Below, one piece after another: positions 59,187 to 64,000 of a stretch of DNA of 64,000 nt. Under the pieces are notes generated by a model that saw nothing but the letters and a program-made list of their open reading frames with translations, had not been told where the DNA came from and did not search any database. Numbering within the stretch: position 1 is the first letter of the stretch; each line of letters begins with the position of its first letter. A program made the translations under genes and the position numbers. The DNA is from Bacteroidia bacterium (GTDB lineage: Bacteria > Bacteroidota > Bacteroidia > AKYH767-A > OLB10), in assembly GCA_037045145.1 (NCBI GenBank), contig JBAOIA010000011.1, positions 991,629-1,055,628 on the forward strand. Direction: 5' to 3'.

Positions 59187-59978
59187 TTAGTTGGTAAATC
59201 TATTGATAGAGTCTTTATCAAGAAAATGGAAAAAAGTATCACTTCTTAATCCTAAGCGCAGCGATTCAACCGCTATTACTTCGCTGGGTGCAATGTTGCC
59301 CAGGTTCACATTAGATCCAAATTGCTTAATAAAATAAACCTGCTGCGATTTTTGAGGCGTTTCCCATATAATTTTATCGGCAGGTACTCTGGAAATTATT
59401 TTATTAATAAGCATTACGTGTGCTTTTCCATTTGGACGGTAAATGCCTACTGTACCACTTTCGCGGGCTTCCGCAATTACTTTCCAAACACCGGCTTCTA
59501 ATTCACGTTCCATCATTTGAATCCACACGTTTGGACGGATAATTATTCCTTCTTCTTTTGATCCTACTTCTGAAATTACTGTTACGTGTTTGGCAAGCTT
59601 TTTAATATAATCACATTTTATTTTATGTGGAATTACGATGGAGCCATCTGATATTTCGGCATATTCCATCTTGTATTTAGATAAAACTTTCAGGTACTTG
59701 TCAAACTCATCTCTTATAAGAAATGCTTCTAACAATGTTCCGCCAAAGTAGATCGGTATCCCGGCTTCTTTATATAGAGCGATTTTTTTATCCAGATTCG
59801 GGGTTATCAGACTACTTCCGAAACCTAATTTTACCAAATCGGTAAATTCGCCTGAGGAGGAAATAAAATCTTCTGTTTCACGAAGGCTGAGGCCTTTATC
59901 CATAACCATGGTTAAGCCATTCTCACGAGGTTTTATACTTCGTGAAGGCACTTGACTCAATTCAAAATTCATTGTCAC
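59187..59978 (-). CDS. comA: Phosphosulfolactate synthase (ComA family; (2R)-phospho-3-sulfolactate synthase) homologue
   Basis: ...GLTMVMDKGL...EISDGS...SEVGSKE... and especially the C-terminal ETPQKSQQVYFIKQFGSNVNLGNIAPSEVIAVESLRLGLRSDTF, which matches the archaeal ComA signature ([43 protein letters not shown], recalled from memory). Confidence 0.8.
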   Translation of the reverse strand: MTMNFELSQVPSRSIKPRENGLTMVMDKGLSLRETEDFISSSGEFTDLVKLGFGSSLITPNLDKKIALYKEAGIPIYFGGTLLEAFLIRDEFDKYLKVLSKYKMEYAEISDGSIVIPHKIKCDYIKKLAKHVTVISEVGSKEEGIIIRPNVWIQMMERELEAGVWKVIAEARESGTVGIYRPNGKAHVMLINKIISRVPADKIIWETPQKSQQVYFIKQFGSNVNLGNIAPSEVIAVESLRLGLRSDTFFHFLDKDSINRFTN

Positions 59979-61390
59979 TAATTGTTTTGTTCTAAAATTT
60001 TCTGAATGTTAGAGTCATTCAAAAGTTCAGGGTATATCTCTTCAATAATTTCCCTGATATTTTCTTCGTTGTTGATGGCAGCAGATAGCAAACTGTAGGC
60101 TGTTTTTATGTTACCATTTCTGTATTGTAAAATGATATATCGCAAATGTACTGCAATGTCATTTGGAAAATATTTTACTGCAAGATAAGCATATTGAAGT
60201 GCTTCATCTGTTCGGTTTTGTTCCATCAGAAATTCGGGATACTCATACCAGATATCTAAAAAATCCGGGTCCATTTCAATCACTTTTCTATAAGCTTCAT
60301 CAGCCTCTTCAAAGTTACCTAATTCGCGTTCGCAGTCTCCAAGCAAAAACCAATAATCACTAATATCACTGTTCAGTTCAATTGCTTTTTTAAGATAGTG
60401 AATGGCTTCATACCACCGCTCTTCTTCCGACAAAGTCATTCCAATGCCATACCATGAGCTGTGAAATGAAGGATTACTTTTTACAGCCTTTTTAAAATAG
60501 CTCCGTGATTCTTCATGATTTCCCAATTCAAAATAGCACTGTGCTATATTATCATAAACAAATGCTTCAGGGGTGTTATATTCAAAACTTTGCTTAAATG
60601 CCTGAATAGCTTTTTCATAATTACCTGCCAACATGTGACACTGTCCGCTTTGTATATAGGCCTCGTCCATGTTTTCGTCAATCAGAATACAATAGTCGTA
60701 TGCATTGATAGCTTTTTCATACTCTATGCAACACTGATACATTTGTCCTAAATGAAACCAGAACAATGCATTGTAAGGATCCTGATCAATTAATGCCTGA
60801 AAATAAGTGATGCCTTCTGATGCTCTTCCTGCACGGTCAAAGCATTCGCTCAACTCATCGGCAGCAACTTCGTTTTTTTTGTTTTCGAAGAGGCAGTTTT
60901 TAAAATAATGTATGGCTCCGTGATAGTCGAATGTTTGCAGATAGGTTTGTGCAATATGAAAGCAAACATCTTCTTTAAACTCTGTGAATGACAAAAGTTC
61001 TTTGAATGTTTTACGTCCTTCCGGAAACATTCCTAAAGAATTATAGATAAGACCTTTAATCAGATAAAGGTCTTCATTTTTTGGGTTTACGGTAAGAAGC
61101 TGATTTATCATTTCCAGAGCCTCTTCAGAGTTGCCCTGAAGGTGAGTGATGTAGGCTTCTTTTGCTTTAAAAGCAGTATTGTCCGGATGAAGATTCTGAC
61201 CATATTTTATGACTTCCATAGCCTTATCATAGTCAAACTTCTCTAAATAAAAGTCGGTAATTTTTATCAGCGAATCGGCATCAAAAAAGTAGGTTTCATG
61301 ATTGCGCAGCATTTCTTCAAAGCGCTGAACGTTGTTACCTAAATTTTCACCTTGATCATCAAGTCCATCATAGTCATCGTCATGCATCAT
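59978..61390 (-). CDS. Tetratricopeptide-repeat protein
   Basis: 470 aa of repeated TPR-like helical hairpins (W..LG.......A...Y..A). Its stop overlaps the ComA start by 1 nt. Confidence 0.75.
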   Translation of the reverse strand: MMHDDDYDGLDDQGENLGNNVQRFEEMLRNHETYFFDADSLIKITDFYLEKFDYDKAMEVIKYGQNLHPDNTAFKAKEAYITHLQGNSEEALEMINQLLTVNPKNEDLYLIKGLIYNSLGMFPEGRKTFKELLSFTEFKEDVCFHIAQTYLQTFDYHGAIHYFKNCLFENKKNEVAADELSECFDRAGRASEGITYFQALIDQDPYNALFWFHLGQMYQCCIEYEKAINAYDYCILIDENMDEAYIQSGQCHMLAGNYEKAIQAFKQSFEYNTPEAFVYDNIAQCYFELGNHEESRSYFKKAVKSNPSFHSSWYGIGMTLSEEERWYEAIHYLKKAIELNSDISDYWFLLGDCERELGNFEEADEAYRKVIEMDPDFLDIWYEYPEFLMEQNRTDEALQYAYLAVKYFPNDIAVHLRYIILQYRNGNIKTAYSLLSAAINNEENIREIIEEIYPELLNDSNIQKILEQNN

Positions 61391-61505
61391 AAGCTTATAT
61401 TGGTTCTCTCAAATTGAGGTCAAAGGTAAAAAATATGAATAAACCTGCAGTGCCTGTCGGGCAGACAGTCAACAGCAGGTTGTTAAATACTTGACGGTAA
61501 GAAAT

Positions 61506-62750
61506 TTAGTCCAATGAATGCAGTACGAGGCCACTACGAAGTTTTGGCTCAAACCAGGTTACCTTGGGTGGCATAATAAGATTATTGTCGGCAATATCAA
61601 TAAGTTGCTGCATAGTTACTGCATAAAGTGCAAAAGCAACCTTCATTTCTCCGTTATCAACTCTTCTTTTTAATTCACCAAGACCACGAAGTCCGCCAAC
61701 AAAATCAATTCTTTTGTCCTTGCGCAGGTCGGTGATGTTTAACAAAGGTGCCAGAACTTTATCTGATAAGATAGTGACATCAAGAACGCAAATAGGGTCT
61801 TTATCATTGAAAGTGCCCGGTTTGGCATTTAATTTATACCATTTGCCTTCCAGATACATGCTAAACTCGTGCAAAGCTGCAGGACGATATTCATCACTTC
61901 CTTTTTCTTCAACAACAAAATTTTCTTTCAGCTTGTCAATAAACTGTTTTGCATCCATTCCGTTCAGGTCTTTAATAACCCTGTTGTAATCCATTATTTT
62001 TAATTGATTGTCGGGGAAATGCACTGCCAGAAAAAAGTTGTACTCTTCTTTTCCTGTGTGTGAAGGATTTTTTTCGCGTCTTTCTTTGCCAACCAAAGCA
62101 GCAGCAGCTGTGCGGTGATGCCCATCTGCAACGTAGGTGTTTTTTAGTTTTGCAAACTCTTCTGTGATAATATTTATGTCAGAATCGTTGTTCACTATCC
62201 AGAACTGATGTCCAATGTGATCGTCAGTTACAAAATCATATTCGGGAGCAGCAGAGGTAATATGCTCAACCAACTCATCTAATTTTCTGACTTGTGGATA
62301 GGCAAAAAATACAGGCTCATAATTCAATCCGGAAACACGTACGTGGTTTTTACGGTCTTCTTCTTTATCCGGACGTGTAAGTTCATGTTTTTTGATAACA
62401 TCATTCATGTAATCGTCAACAGCAGCACAGCCTACTATGCCATATTGTTTACGTCCGTCCATGCTTTGTGCATAAATATAGTAGCAGTCTTTGTTGTCTT
62501 GAAAAAACACTCCGTCTTTAAACATGGCTTCGAAATTTTCTTTGCCTTTTTTATAAATTTCAGGTGCATAGTGATCGAAATCGTCCGGAAAATCAATTTC
62601 AGGTTTTATAACATGATAGAATGATATTTTGTCGCCTTTAGTTTCTGCACGTGCTTCTTTTTCGTCAAGTACATCGTAAGGGCGACAAGCAATTCGCTTT
62701 ACTAATTCTTTTTTGGGTCTTATTCCTTTGAATGGTTTTAATGTTGCCAT
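61506..62750 (-). CDS. DUF1015 family protein
   Basis: N-terminus MATLKPFKGIRP...RIACRPYDV is typical of DUF1015. Conserved downstream of serA in Bacteroidota. Confidence 0.7.
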   Translation of the reverse strand: MATLKPFKGIRPKKELVKRIACRPYDVLDEKEARAETKGDKISFYHVIKPEIDFPDDFDHYAPEIYKKGKENFEAMFKDGVFFQDNKDCYYIYAQSMDGRKQYGIVGCAAVDDYMNDVIKKHELTRPDKEEDRKNHVRVSGLNYEPVFFAYPQVRKLDELVEHITSAAPEYDFVTDDHIGHQFWIVNNDSDINIITEEFAKLKNTYVADGHHRTAAAALVGKERREKNPSHTGKEEYNFFLAVHFPDNQLKIMDYNRVIKDLNGMDAKQFIDKLKENFVVEEKGSDEYRPAALHEFSMYLEGKWYKLNAKPGTFNDKDPICVLDVTILSDKVLAPLLNITDLRKDKRIDFVGGLRGLGELKRRVDNGEMKVAFALYAVTMQQLIDIADNNLIMPPKVTWFEPKLRSGLVLHSLD

Positions 62751-62777
62751 ACTTTTTGCTATATTTTAATTCTGATA

Positions 62778-63749
62778 TTATTTTTTAGTAAAATATTCAA
62801 CTACTTTTTCTGCAAGTTCAATCCCTATGCGCTCTTGTGCTTCTTTTGTTGAACCACCAATGTGTGGTGACAAGGTTACTTTAGGATGTGTGCAAAGTGT
62901 TTGGTTGATAATTGGTTCGCCTTCAAAAACATCAATGCCTGCAAATGATATTTTTCCTGAATTAAGTGCTTCAATCAAATCGGCTTCTGAAATTACTCCA
63001 CCACGTGCTGTGTTAACAATGCCTGCACCATTTTTTATGAGGTCAAGTTCTTTCTTCCCGATAACCGGTGCGCTACCTTTTGGAAATGGCACATGTAGCG
63101 TAATAAAATCACTCTCAATAAGTAGTTTAGTGAAAGACACACATTTAAAAGTAATAGTGATTTTCTTCTGTCCTAATGCAGGGTGAAAATCCATATCTAC
63201 TACAACATCTTCATTGTTGAGTCTATGAAATAAAACGTTCATTCCCAAACCAACTGCTATGGCAGCTACGCACTTACCAATTTGTCCGGCACCAATAATA
63301 CCTATTGTTTTTCCCTTTAGTTCTATTCCTGCGGAGTATGATTTCTTCAGTTTTTCAAATGTTTCTTTGGAAGAGCAGGCTGGCATGTTGCGGTTGGCAT
63401 CATACAGCATTCGCACTCCGGTGAACAAATGTGCAAACACCAATTCTGCAACTGATTGTGATGATGCAGCCGGAGTATTTATAACGGCAAGTCCTTTTTC
63501 GCGGGCATACTTTACATCAATATTATCCATACCTACACCGGCACGACCAATTACTTTAAGATTTGGACATGCATCAATAACATCAGTGCGTACAGTAGTA
63601 GCACTTCTTACTAATATAGCATCAAAATTCTTAAGTGCTTCAGCAAGTTTTTCCTGAGGTACTTTATCTGTAGAAACCGAAAATCCTGCTGCATCAAATA
63701 TTTTTTTTCCAGCAGCATCAATGCCGTCATTGGCTAATATTTTAATCAT
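62778..63749 (-). CDS. serA: D-3-phosphoglycerate dehydrogenase (short form, D-2-hydroxyacid dehydrogenase family)
   Basis: NAD-binding GIIGAGQIGK and the catalytic region of D-isomer 2-hydroxyacid dehydrogenases. Adjacent to serC. Confidence 0.8.
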   Translation of the reverse strand: MIKILANDGIDAAGKKIFDAAGFSVSTDKVPQEKLAEALKNFDAILVRSATTVRTDVIDACPNLKVIGRAGVGMDNIDVKYAREKGLAVINTPAASSQSVAELVFAHLFTGVRMLYDANRNMPACSSKETFEKLKKSYSAGIELKGKTIGIIGAGQIGKCVAAIAVGLGMNVLFHRLNNEDVVVDMDFHPALGQKKITITFKCVSFTKLLIESDFITLHVPFPKGSAPVIGKKELDLIKNGAGIVNTARGGVISEADLIEALNSGKISFAGIDVFEGEPIINQTLCTHPKVTLSPHIGGSTKEAQERIGIELAEKVVEYFTKK

Positions 63750-63763
63750 AACTGAAATTTTTT

Positions 63764-64000
63764 TTAACCGTTTGTTTTTGCAAAATCTTTCATCACCTGT
63801 ACCAATACTTTTACGCTTTCAACAGGAAGTGCATTGTACATGCTTGCACGAAAACCACCTACACTTCGATGACCTTTAATACCTACAATGCCGGCTTCTT
63901 TTGCTTTGCCTAAGAAGGCTTCGTCCATGGAGGCATCTTTTAAAAGGAAACAAGCATTCATGGGTGATCGGTCTTCGGGTGCTGCAGTTCCAGTAAATAA
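63764..64000 (-). CDS. serC: Phosphoserine aminotransferase, C-terminal fragment (gene continues beyond the window)
   Basis: C-terminus ...[31 protein letters not shown] matches the SerC end motif. The reading frame stays open to the window edge. Confidence 0.8.
   Translation of the reverse strand, partial: LFTGTAAPEDRSPMNACFLLKDASMDEAFLGKAKEAGIVGIKGHRSVGGFRASMYNALPVESVKVLVQVMKDFAKTNG

Noticed and set aside
1-64000. Mobile elements, integrases, prophage, tRNA/rRNA, toxin-antitoxin or defence islands
   Set aside because: No transposase, integrase, recombinase, tRNA-like cloverleaf context or inverted terminal repeats were recognised. Every ORF longer than 150 aa has a housekeeping or surface-protein assignment, and gene orientation and composition look chromosomal throughout.

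Overview
About 64 kb of a Bacteroidota chromosome. The phylum call rests on several T9SS C-terminal sorting domains, a fused LpxC/FabZ gene, and roughly 40% GC. Housekeeping genes (ribD, prmC, uvrA, adk, hpt, fsa, purK, purC, anmK, pruA, lpxD-lpxC/fabZ-lpxA, serA, serC, DUF1015) are interspersed with accessory cell-surface loci. (1) A roughly 2,500-aa T9SS surface protein (361..7861) of alternating Ig-like/GEVED-type modules, SprB-type repeats and a type-A CTD, split by a single-nucleotide frameshift near 3655. (2) A 1,743-aa T9SS protein (39896..45127, minus strand) with a LamG-like N-terminus, a roughly 650-aa unassigned central region, ten tandem Ig-like repeats, an FN3 domain and a CTD; upstream of it sits an array of 21-bp-phased motifs plus a palindrome. 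(3) Two small T9SS cargo genes, one of which is a minimal type-B CTD protein. (4) An outer-membrane pair: a ComEA-like HhH domain fused to a large beta-barrel, next to a PorQ/PorV-like OMP. (5) A tightly packed seven-gene glycan operon (52397..61390, minus strand) containing a clear ComA (phosphosulfolactate synthase) homologue, two glycosyltransferases, an epimerase and a bi-domain oxidoreductase. Also present are a hybrid sensor kinase with an HPt domain, an ECF sigma/anti-sigma pair, MscS and an NlpC/P60 peptidase. No rRNA, tRNA, CRISPR or transposase/integrase genes were seen. All calls come from reading the translated ORFs and the DNA directly; no database searches were run.
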